Virus record (IMG/VR): IMGVR_UViG_3300048599_000182
Span: 1-33,226 of that record
DNA from: a virus
Lineage: Duplodnaviria > Caudoviricetes
Length of the DNA: 33,226 nucleotides
Strand: one strand, 5' to 3'
Program-made: the position numbers and the translations under genes
Part shown: piece by piece, positions 1-7,019 of the stretch
Numbering within the stretch: the first letter of the stretch is position 1
Layout: each line of letters starts with the position of its first letter
The notes under the pieces: model-generated
What the model saw: only the letters and a program-made list of their open reading frames with translations
What the model was told of the DNA's origin: nothing
The model's database searches: none

Positions 1-109
1 GTAGCTGCCGGTCCGTCTACGCTTTCGCCTTGCTCAAGCTACGCCGGACACGCTTCGGCCCGTCGGCCTTTGCGTGGCTGCGCCACGCATAGCCCGTCAG
101 GGCGAAGCG
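1..109. repeat. Host palindromic intergenic repeat of the kind I recall downstream of tRNA genes in Bradyrhizobium-like genomes
   Basis: Nested inverted repeats: CACGCTTCG...CGAAGCGTG and TGCGTGGC-TGC-GCCACGCA. It abuts a tRNA-3'-like sequence. Family recognition is from memory. Confidence 0.5.
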
Positions 110-124
110 TGGTGGGGGAGGCAG
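110..124 (-). mobile_element. Putative prophage att core, a duplicated tRNA 3' end (possibly tRNA-Tyr)
   Basis: The - strand reads CTGCCTCCCCCACCA: partial T-stem, 7-nt acceptor strand, discriminator A and CCA. The T-loop is absent and phage-like sequence follows. Confidence 0.6.
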
Positions 125-253
125 AGGGGCCAAAATTCAGCAATTGCAACCCATTAGGCCAAAGGTGGGGGCAAACAAGGCCCTTTGATTTGTAAGGGTT
201 ATTTTTTGAGCGCCCCTCACCTATATGGTGAGAAACAGGCCCGAAACGTTTCC

Positions 254-583
254 ATGAAAACCATCTGGGTATATGACGCCGGACACGGCAAGACGATAGA
301 ATTCGACACCGCCGACGAAGCCCGCGCGTGGTTCAAAATCCACGATCCGGAAGGCGTGGCTTTCGAGCAGCCCGCGCCCGACCCTGATCCGAATGAGGCT
401 TACGAGGTCGTGCCGATGAAGGTAGGGCCGCACGGCCCGCCGCCGGGCTGGTGGACCGTCACCAGGAACGGAATTCCGGTCATGCACTTCTCTCCGGAGA
501 ACAAGCCCGCGGCCGAGCGGTACGCCACGGACCCCGCGCGCCGCGCGGAGATCCGGAACCGCAAGAAGCTTCACGAGAGATGA
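254..583 (+). CDS. Hypothetical protein
   Basis: ATG at 254 (MKTIWVYD...HDPEGVAFE); the stop overlaps the next start as ATGA. Confidence 0.65.
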   Translation: MKTIWVYDAGHGKTIEFDTADEARAWFKIHDPEGVAFEQPAPDPDPNEAYEVVPMKVGPHGPPPGWWTVTRNGIPVMHFSPENKPAAERYATDPARRAEIRNRKKLHER

Positions 584-786
584 CCATCCAGCGGAAGCCG
601 ATCGACATTCCGCGGGCCGCCGCCCTGAAATTCATGGAGCACTTGCGGGCCTACCAGGCCGAGTATGACCAGATAAAGCGCGATGGCATCGCGGCCACCG
701 CGCGCCATACCCTGCTTGAGCACCTTCCGAAAGGAACGCGGCTCCGGGTTTTCGACGTCAAAGAGCTTTTCGAGAAGATGAAATAG
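580..786 (+). CDS. Hypothetical protein (68 aa)
   Basis: ATGA-coupled to the upstream ORF; helical composition MTIQRKPIDIP...ELFEKMK. Confidence 0.65.
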   Translation: MTIQRKPIDIPRAAALKFMEHLRAYQAEYDQIKRDGIAATARHTLLEHLPKGTRLRVFDVKELFEKMK

Positions 787-796
787 CGGTCGGCAG

Positions 797-1090
797 TCAG
801 GCAACTTCCCAATCGGTTGCGAGAAGATCGGCCTGGGAGCAGAGCCAGCCGGGCTGCCACTGTTTCGCGGCGGTGTACATCGCGATATATGGCAGACAGT
901 CAAGCGGCTGATCCTCGCCGATCCATTTCGCGGTTCGGTCGTTTACCTTCCGGTCCGTGCCTTGCGTGTTATAGCGCGGAAGCTTGAGCGGCGGCATCAG
1001 CACCACAAACATTCCCTTGCCATTCCAGCCCGCGCGGCGGACGGCCTTCCCGTTCTGCATCTCCTTGACGGCTTCGCCAATTCCAAACAT
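797..1090 (-). CDS. DUF2829 / Tad2-like anti-Thoeris nucleotide-sponge protein
   Basis: Family motifs G-KAVRRAGWNGKGMFV, PYIAM and GWLCSQADLLATDW; GAGGGA RBS upstream. Confidence 0.85.
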   Translation of the reverse strand: MFGIGEAVKEMQNGKAVRRAGWNGKGMFVVLMPPLKLPRYNTQGTDRKVNDRTAKWIGEDQPLDCLPYIAMYTAAKQWQPGWLCSQADLLATDWEVA

Positions 1091-1133
1091 CGGATATCCC
1101 TCTATGATTTTGCCGGGAGCCGCCCGGCGCGGA

Positions 1134-1475
1134 TCAGGATTTCGCCGACAGAACGCGGTCGAGCCGATCGCCCAAGCGGTTGATTGCGTCCGTCAACCGG
1201 TCCTCGACCTCGCGCATGACCTAGCGGTGGATGTACTCGCGAGCCACCTGTTCGCGATAAAGCGAGAACGCCGCCGATTGGAGGGTCAGCTTTTCGTTCG
1301 CGTCGTGAGCGTCTTTCTTGGCGTCCTCGGCTACGCTTTTGGCCGTGTCAGCCGCCGACTTCGCGTCAGAGATCCGGCCGGAAAAATTCATCCAGAACGA
1401 AAGGACCGTGATCCCCGCGACGCAGAGACCGGCCAGTGTTCCGATCGAGGAAAGCTCAATGTTCACTTCCAGCAC
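1134..1475 (-). pseudogene. Lysis-linked membrane-anchored coiled-coil protein interrupted by an in-frame TAG at 1221-1223
   Basis: N-terminal TM segment and coiled coil. After the TAG the frame continues VMREVEDRLTDAINRLGDRLDRVLSAKS-TGA(1134). Confidence 0.65.
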
Positions 1476-1699
1476 CGCTTGTTCCGGCCTGTCCGGTTAT
1501 GGACCCGCACCTGTTGGATGGTTTCGAGCGTGTCGTTATCGCCCGAATAGCGAATTCTGGCCCAGCCAGCGCACCGGGCCTTTGCGTTCGCCGGCGTGTT
1601 TCCCGCGGTCACGGTTGTCGGGATCATTGTCGAACATGCTCCGATCGGCAGGCACAGGACCGATAGTAGCGAGAGCGTCAGAGCGAGCCTTTTCACCAT
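1463..1699 (-). CDS. Outer-membrane spanin lipoprotein (Rz1-like)
   Basis: Signal peptide MVKRLALTLSLLSVLCLP with lipobox IGA-C; overlaps the 3' end of the Rz-like gene in another frame. Confidence 0.75.
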   Translation of the reverse strand: MVKRLALTLSLLSVLCLPIGACSTMIPTTVTAGNTPANAKARCAGWARIRYSGDNDTLETIQQVRVHNRTGRNKRCWK

Positions 1700-1961
1700 T
1701 GACCTGTTCCCTTGCGAGCGCCGCATCCCACTGACGCTGCTTTTCGTCCAAACCGTTTTTGTAGCCATGGGCGATTGCGCCCATGAGCGTGAAGGCGACC
1801 ACGGCGGCGCCGATGGCCCATTTGCGAAGATCCGGGATGAAGGCGACCACCGCCGGCGGCGTCAGCACCGCGACCGCGACGGCCGCGAAGCCGATCAGCA
1901 TGTCAATGCCGGCCCAGCCGAACAGGAAGTTCCAGAGCGAGTGCAGAACCGTCCCGATCAT
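1536..1961 (-). CDS. Inner-membrane spanin (Rz-like)
   Basis: Directly follows the endolysin (ATGA overlap); hydrophobic N-half followed by a helical soluble C-half. Confidence 0.7.
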   Translation of the reverse strand: MIGTVLHSLWNFLFGWAGIDMLIGFAAVAVAVLTPPAVVAFIPDLRKWAIGAAVVAFTLMGAIAHGYKNGLDEKQRQWDAALAREQVNGEKARSDALATIGPVPADRSMFDNDPDNRDRGKHAGERKGPVRWLGQNSLFGR

Positions 1962-2545
1962 TTGAAAATCCACTTCCACCAAAAGGGCTTTGTGGGCGCG
2001 GCGGCGGTCTGCTTTGCCGCCGGTGGCTTGGGGAGACCTTCCGCCAGCCCCTCAAGGCAGAGCTGCTTTTCGCCCTTGCGGCCATCGCCTCCGCGACGCG
2101 CTACAAGGCCCCTGCGGACCTGACCGTCCGAACGCACGTACCAGCCGGCAAACGCCTCACAGCCGCCCCGGAGGTCGCCTGCGTTCATCTTGGCGACCAT
2201 TGGCGAGCGACACACCGCGGCCGGGCCGGCGTTGTAGGCAGCGTCCAGGAGCGCGGCCATCGTCTTGTCCGGCAGAGGCCGGCTGATGCAGGGCTGAATT
2301 TTCGCCAGGTACTTCGGCAGGCTTTCCGCAAGCTTCGCGTCGCACTCCTCCTTGGAGAAGCGCGTCCCGACCTTGACCTTGCCGAATTCGTCGGTTTGCC
2401 CGTAGCAGTACGTCACCGGATGGCCGGTGCCGATCATGTCTTTCTTGGCAACCCCGTCCATTCCTTCCCAGGCGGGAAGAAACGCGATCGTCGCGGCGAT
2501 GACGCCCGCCGAGCCCGCCGTGGCTATCGTTTTTTTGACGCTCAT
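1958..2545 (-). CDS. Endolysin, GH24 phage lysozyme with a SAR-like N-terminus
   Basis: WEG...D...T catalytic region, TYCYGQT, AYNAG and GLVARR motifs; N-terminus MSVKK plus an Ala/Gly-rich hydrophobic stretch. Confidence 0.9.
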   Translation of the reverse strand: MSVKKTIATAGSAGVIAATIAFLPAWEGMDGVAKKDMIGTGHPVTYCYGQTDEFGKVKVGTRFSKEECDAKLAESLPKYLAKIQPCISRPLPDKTMAALLDAAYNAGPAAVCRSPMVAKMNAGDLRGGCEAFAGWYVRSDGQVRRGLVARRGGDGRKGEKQLCLEGLAEGLPKPPAAKQTAAAPTKPFWWKWIFK

Positions 2546-2754
2546 ACGTCCGCCTTTGGCACTTGCTTGACCAGCCGCAGGAAGCCAATCAGGCCGTAGC
2601 CCGCTGCGTTGAGCGTGAGGAAGAACCAGGGATTGAACACGTCGGAGAAGGCCGACAGCCCGAGAACGGCGCCGGTCAGCACGAACATGAACAGGCTGGC
2701 CCGCACCGTCCAAAGCCGGTGCAGTTCCGTCCGCCAATCGTCAATCAGCCGCAT
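2542..2754 (-). CDS. Holin (70 aa, two predicted TM segments)
   Basis: MRLIDDWR-type start, two hydrophobic segments, RLVKQ tail; ATGA-coupled to the endolysin. Confidence 0.8.
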   Translation of the reverse strand: MRLIDDWRTELHRLWTVRASLFMFVLTGAVLGLSAFSDVFNPWFFLTLNAAGYGLIGFLRLVKQVPKADV

Positions 2755-2880
2755 CGACCGCGCCCCATGAAATCAGGGCGCACCATGGACCGGGCCGGTT
2801 AGCGATTTTTCCGCTACGGGCCACAGATCAAAATTGACGGAACCGACCTTTACCCTACGAGGTTGAGCGGATAGGCTTGG

Positions 2881-3075
2881 GTACGCATCAGCGGACGTGA
2901 AAATTCGTTGATGCGGACGAAGGCAGCAGTGGTTAAACCGGCTATGCCGGGTGGCCCCAGGAATAGCCGTAGCCTAACCAGCAACACGCCGGGTCGCTCC
3001 CGGCGTGGCGGTAATACTGGGGGTCAGCAACCACTGCTGCTGATTTTCACCCACCCGGCACCAACCTTGCCGGGA
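2881..3075 (+). ncRNA. Candidate structured non-coding RNA or leader of unknown family
   Basis: Helices 2884-2895/2904-2915, 2923-2934/3029-3040, 2939-2945/2963-2969 and 2985-2993/2999-3007; pseudoknot-capable 2955-2960/3017-3022. G-U pairs form only on the + strand. Confidence 0.6.
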
Positions 3076-3095
3076 TACCCCGAGGGGCTTTGGCA

Positions 3096-3275
3096 GTGGC
3101 ACTCACCAAACTCGAACAAGACTTCCTGCGCGCCAGCAGGATCGCAAAGCGCGCGCTCGAATACGAAGGCGACGACCGGACCGCTTTTCGCGGTGCCGGG
3201 ATCGAGGCGCTGAACAAGGTGGTCGCGGCGGCAGAGAAGCTGGCCGGAAACAACCAAAGGACGGGCGATGCTTGA
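3096..3275 (+). CDS. Small hypothetical protein (59 aa from GTG; alternative TTG start at 3090)
   Basis: GAGGGG RBS upstream; helical composition; overlaps the next ORF. Confidence 0.55.
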   Translation: MALTKLEQDFLRASRIAKRALEYEGDDRTAFRGAGIEALNKVVAAAEKLAGNNQRTGDA

Positions 3276-3372
3276 GGTCGCTGTCTATGTGGCGCTGGCC
3301 ATCATCTTCATTTGCGTCGTCGCCCTGCTCGGCTTGGCCTGGCTGTTCAAGCTAAAGCGATACAAGGGTTAG
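3268..3372 (+). CDS. 34-aa single-pass membrane peptide MLEVAVYVALAIIFICVVALLGLAWLFKLKRYKG
   Basis: Read directly from the sequence (below the ORF-track cutoff). AAGGA RBS; the TAG overlaps the tail-fibre stop. Confidence 0.6.
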   Translation: MLEVAVYVALAIIFICVVALLGLAWLFKLKRYKG

Positions 3373-4367
3373 ATAATCCTGATGATGTAGTTGCAGATGA
3401 TGGTCGGCTGTACGATCGGATGGGCATTCCCGCTTGTATTGTTCGAAGTCACTGTGATGTTGTTGTTGCCAGAGGCCGTACTGGCGTTAGCCAGGATATT
3501 GCTCGCGAACGGTGACCCACCGCCGCCAGGGCTGTTGAAATTGCTCGGTGCGCCCGTCATGAAATTCTGGCCGTTCGGAGAGTTGACTACAATGTTTTGT
3601 GCGGCATTTGCGGACGTGATGCCCGTGGGCAACTGCGCCAACGTCAGGGTGTGGCTTTGATTGCCGGACGCCGACCCCATTGCAGCGCCGTCCACGCCGC
3701 TGACCGCGCTGGTGAGCCGCGATGCCGTGGCTTCCTTCATCGCCGATACGCGGCCCGACTTGTCCGGAACGTTGAACGTCGTCGTTCCATCGCCCGCGCC
3801 ATAAGTAGTGCCCCAGCGCGCAAACGCCCGCGCGTAGGTGGTGCGAGAGATTGCCTGCCCAAGCGGGAAAATGAACGCACTGTTCGGCGCCACCGTGTCC
3901 CAATAGTCCAGGCCACCGAGAAACGGCACGTTGAACGGGCTGGAATGATAGCCGCGAAGGTAGAAAACGCCGTCCGTGTGATTGTAGAGCGCGCAATAGG
4001 GCGTACCGAGGATCAGCGTCCCGGCAACCAGCTCGACGCCGGGCGACGATCGGAGCGGCTTTGCGCCAAGGCCGTCAACGTTGAGCGTCACCGTGTCGGC
4101 ATTCGTCGCGTGAGGCGTGAACGCGACCATTTGCCCGTCAAGGTGCGGTAGCGTGTCGAAGCCCTGATAGGAACTGACCGCATAGGCGGTCGACGTGCCG
4201 GTGGTGACGATCGCGCCGGAAACGTCGTCGCGGAATTTCGCAGCAGCGGCCATCATGCCGCGCGTGCCGTCGTTCACCGCTGACGGAGCCATGCCTTCCG
4301 GAAACGGACAGGTGCTATCCGCATTGGCGTTGCTGGCGGCGGTCCGAGACCATTTCCAAAACGTCAT
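3369..4367 (-). CDS. Tail fibre protein with a tail-collar domain
   Basis: Collar motifs GQAISRTTYARAFA, YGAGDGTTTFNVPD and the C-terminal AHPIVQPTIICNYII. Confidence 0.85.
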   Translation of the reverse strand: MTFWKWSRTAASNANADSTCPFPEGMAPSAVNDGTRGMMAAAAKFRDDVSGAIVTTGTSTAYAVSSYQGFDTLPHLDGQMVAFTPHATNADTVTLNVDGLGAKPLRSSPGVELVAGTLILGTPYCALYNHTDGVFYLRGYHSSPFNVPFLGGLDYWDTVAPNSAFIFPLGQAISRTTYARAFARWGTTYGAGDGTTTFNVPDKSGRVSAMKEATASRLTSAVSGVDGAAMGSASGNQSHTLTLAQLPTGITSANAAQNIVVNSPNGQNFMTGAPSNFNSPGGGGSPFASNILANASTASGNNNITVTSNNTSGNAHPIVQPTIICNYIIRII

Positions 4368-4370
4368 TGC

Positions 4371-4994
4371 TCAAGCTCCCCGAAACGAAAAAGGCGCGGT
4401 TTTCAACCCGAATAAATTGGGCCTTGGCTGCAAAAAATTGGTGAGTTGCGGTGTTGCCGCTAGCGCGGCCAGGTCTACGGCGGGCGCCGCTCCGGATCCG
4501 CCGATCTGGAGGGCTGGCGACTTTCCGGCGGGCGGCGTTGCGGCCTGCTCAGGCGCGCTAGACGCGGCCGGGCCGGCCATCGACATCGGCGCGGCACCCT
4601 GCCCTTTCAGAAAGCCTTGAGCGTTCGCAAGGCGGGTGCCCTCGCTCTGATCGCCATACCGGATGTAACGTTTCAGGGCAGCGTTTGCCGAGGCGAGATC
4701 GGGGGCACCAAAAAAAGCTGTGGAATTCCGCTTTTCCGGCCCGGCAAGTTCGGCGCCGATAAAATCGAGCTGCGTATTCGCGTCATTGGGCGACGTGCCG
4801 CGAGCCTTCGCGAAATCCTGCAACCCCCGCCAGCGATCGAGCCGCCATTGCAGCAGCCCGTTGGCGCCCTCACCCTGGTTAAGCGCGCTCGGATTGAACC
4901 CGCTCTCCTGAGCGATGTTCCCGGCCAATGCCGCGGCCTGCACGGGGGCGTACCCTCGATCAAGCAAGCCTTTGTAGATTTCGTCGCCGGTCAT
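4371..4994 (-). CDS. Virion-associated lysozyme (Phage_lysozyme2 type)
   Basis: AAALAGNIAQESGFNP...GLLQW...R motif followed by a low-complexity C-terminus. Confidence 0.85.
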   Translation of the reverse strand: MTGDEIYKGLLDRGYAPVQAAALAGNIAQESGFNPSALNQGEGANGLLQWRLDRWRGLQDFAKARGTSPNDANTQLDFIGAELAGPEKRNSTAFFGAPDLASANAALKRYIRYGDQSEGTRLANAQGFLKGQGAAPMSMAGPAASSAPEQAATPPAGKSPALQIGGSGAAPAVDLAALAATPQLTNFLQPRPNLFGLKTAPFSFRGA

Positions 4995-5035
4995 CGGGGC
5001 ACCATCGCCGATGACCGATAATGGTTCGTGCAGGG

Positions 5036-5803
5036 CTACGCCGCGGCGGGCGGCTGGTTAGCGGCGGGAATTCGCCGGGCCAGTTCGGCAAGCCCCTTTG
5101 CGGTGACCCTGGCTTGCGCCGACAGGGTTTCGACGCCGTCAACGATTATGGTGATCGACTTCGGTTCAAGGATGCCCGCCTTGATCTTCACCTCGTGAGC
5201 GATCCATCCTTGGATGCTGGCGCGGCGATAGATCCAGCCCCGAGCCTTCAACCAATCGTGCAGGAATTTCGGCCGGAGCCCGAGCACCTTCGCGGCATCG
5301 GTGATGCACAGCGAGCCGCTTGCCGTGACGAAGCGGTCCAGCGCCTCGGCCTTCGGGGTGAGTGCCGAAACCTGCCCCCGAAGCTGCTCAGTTTCGGCCA
5401 TGCTCTCCAAGAGCAGGGATTTCAGCGCACTGGGGTTTGCCAGCATCGACTTGGGGTCGAACTGGCGAGAGCGAAGCTCAGCCTCCATCATGTTGAATTG
5501 CGCGATGTAGGCTTCCTTGTAGGCGGCGGCCTTGGCGCCCGTGAAACCCATTACCAAGAAGTTGAAGCCGTCCTTGGTCATGGACACATGCGAGGTGCTT
5601 TCGCCGGTTAAGTCTTTGATTTTGAACGATGCAAAATTTCTTTCCCTGAACTGTGGGGAGCAGTCCAGATTGCGTACCGCTTTGAGCAGGTCGAAGTGGT
5701 TCTTGCCGAAATAGGCTGCCACGTCCCGGCTGTCGGCCATCGCCTCGCCGGCATCTGTCATCCGCACGATGGGCATGCGGGTCGCGTCAATTCCGTCTGT
5801 CAT
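5036..5803 (-). CDS. Rha-family N-terminal domain plus KilAC/ANT C-terminal domain antirepressor
   Basis: DSRDVAAYFGKNH and MTKDGFNFLVMGFTG...YIAQFN (Rha); PKAEALDR...ITDAAKVLG...VTAKGL (KilAC). Confidence 0.9.
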   Translation of the reverse strand: MTDGIDATRMPIVRMTDAGEAMADSRDVAAYFGKNHFDLLKAVRNLDCSPQFRERNFASFKIKDLTGESTSHVSMTKDGFNFLVMGFTGAKAAAYKEAYIAQFNMMEAELRSRQFDPKSMLANPSALKSLLLESMAETEQLRGQVSALTPKAEALDRFVTASGSLCITDAAKVLGLRPKFLHDWLKARGWIYRRASIQGWIAHEVKIKAGILEPKSITIIVDGVETLSAQARVTAKGLAELARRIPAANQPPAAA

Positions 5804-5980
5804 TTTCAGGTCTCCAAAGGCGCCCGGCCGACCAAGCCCGAGCGCGTGCGGGTCCGCGTTAACGGAACCGGGGCCTTTGGAGTTCGAAAGGTCTCGGGTC
5901 CGCGCTGCCCCTTGGTCAAGGGGAATTCGTCAGGGGGAGATTTCTGGACGGCGCCAACTAATGATTTGTGCGCCGGCCTC

Positions 5981-6064
5981 TCAGGTCACGATGACCGCGA
6001 TCAGCAACAGGGCCGCCATCGGCGTGGCGACCAGCACGCAACCCATGAATTCCCGGGCGCTCAT
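5981..6064 (-). CDS. 27-aa hydrophobic peptide MSAREFMGCVLVATPMAALLLIAVIVT
   Basis: TGATG-coupled to the upstream ORF; read from the sequence. Confidence 0.45.
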   Translation of the reverse strand: MSAREFMGCVLVATPMAALLLIAVIVT

Positions 6065-6309
6065 CAGTAGCCCGCGTAATAGCGGGCCTTGAGCTGGCCG
6101 ATCATTTCGCGAAGGTGGATGACGGCGAAGTTCCCGCGCTCGTAGGCTTCCGTTCCCGGCGCGACCTCTTCAAGCACGCTCTCGACCTCGCGGACGGTGA
6201 GTTGCGCCATCGACATAAGATCGCAGATGTCGGCTTCCAGATCGCGGAAGGCTTCGCTGTGCTTCCGGTCGTTGTCGCGGAGGGGTATAACGTTTGCAGC
6301 TTGAGCCAT
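6064..6309 (-). CDS. Hypothetical protein, first gene of the antirepressor operon
   Basis: AAAGGA RBS; MAQAANVIPL N-terminus. Confidence 0.7.
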   Translation of the reverse strand: MAQAANVIPLRDNDRKHSEAFRDLEADICDLMSMAQLTVREVESVLEEVAPGTEAYERGNFAVIHLREMIGQLKARYYAGY

Positions 6310-6372
6310 GGGCCGTCCTTTGGCTTGAGTTAGGGCCGGGCAAGTGTTGGTAGCGCTTGCTCGGCTCGCATC

Positions 6373-6401
6373 TTTATGCCATCATTAATTCATGACGTCA
6401 A
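6373..6401 (-). promoter_or_regulatory. Putative sigma70 promoter of the antirepressor operon overlapping an operator-like palindrome
   Basis: The - strand reads TTGACG-17 nt-CATAAA; palindrome TTC-A-TGACGTCA-A-GAA at 6389-6404. Confidence 0.55.
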
Positions 6402-6598
6402 GAATAAATAACATTAAAAATTCACGCCGCGGGCGCCCGTCAGTTGAAAGCGAGCCGGTAACGGTTCGCATGACTGTGGATGCGCTAAAGGTTTTGGATG
6501 ACTGGCGCCGGGAACAATCGGACCTACCCGGCCGCCCCGAGGCCATTCGCCGGCTGGTTGAGCTGGCCCTAGACAGCCCGCCGAAGAAGAGGGCATGA
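6392..6598 (+). CDS. Ribbon-helix-helix (Arc/Mnt/CopG-like) repressor
   Basis: RRGRP, beta-strand VTVRM, LDDWRR and RPEAIRRLVELAL; divergent from the antirepressor operon. Confidence 0.8.
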   Translation: MTSRINNIKNSRRGRPSVESEPVTVRMTVDALKVLDDWRREQSDLPGRPEAIRRLVELALDSPPKKRA

Positions 6599-6611
6599 TC
6601 CACCGAAGCTC

Positions 6612-7013
6612 ATGGGGGTAATCGTGCGGAAACCTCTTTCAGTTCTGCTTTTTCTGGCGCTGCCAGGCTGCGTCACCGCCCCTCGGCAGCAGGTTGCCGC
6701 CAGTCTTGGCGCGGAATACGTGGGGCAAAACGTTGACGTGATGGTCATGAAATTCGGGCCGCCCGCTAACTCCTTCAAGATGAACAGCGGCGGCGCATCT
6801 TACGTCTGGCAGCTTTCAGCCGTAACGGACATTGATGTCGATAGAGGGTCCGGGACGGCATCGACGCGCTATTGCAAGGTAGCCGTCGTCACGGCTCCGG
6901 ATGGCAAGGTGATCGACCTTAAGACCGAGGACACGGTAATTTGGGGAGGCATTGTTAACGGCGGTATCACAAGCATGTGCGCCAGGCGCCTTGGCATTAA
7001 ACCGCAGAGTTAG
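6612..7013 (+). CDS. Accessory lipoprotein, possibly superinfection exclusion
   Basis: Signal peptide with lipobox-like LPG-C; opposite strand to the late genes. Confidence 0.7.
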   Translation: MGVIVRKPLSVLLFLALPGCVTAPRQQVAASLGAEYVGQNVDVMVMKFGPPANSFKMNSGGASYVWQLSAVTDIDVDRGSGTASTRYCKVAVVTAPDGKVIDLKTEDTVIWGGIVNGGITSMCARRLGIKPQS

Positions 7014-7019
7014 CCCCTT

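Noticed and set aside
1-124. Complete tRNA gene at the left edge
   Set aside because: Only the last 15 nt resemble a tRNA; T-loop, anticodon arm and D arm are absent.
1221-1223. Genome-wide TAG recoding
   Set aside because: Several clear genes (cI, the GNAT-like gene, 580-786) end in TAG at sensible positions, and no suppressor tRNA is seen.
2908-3213. 101-aa + strand ORF across the structured region
   Set aside because: TTG start without an RBS and low-complexity composition; the dense base-pairing is better explained as RNA structure.
2881-4367. DGR or retron interpretation of the structured region beside the tail fibre
   Set aside because: No reverse transcriptase in the window, and I saw no TR/VR pair with adenine-specific differences.
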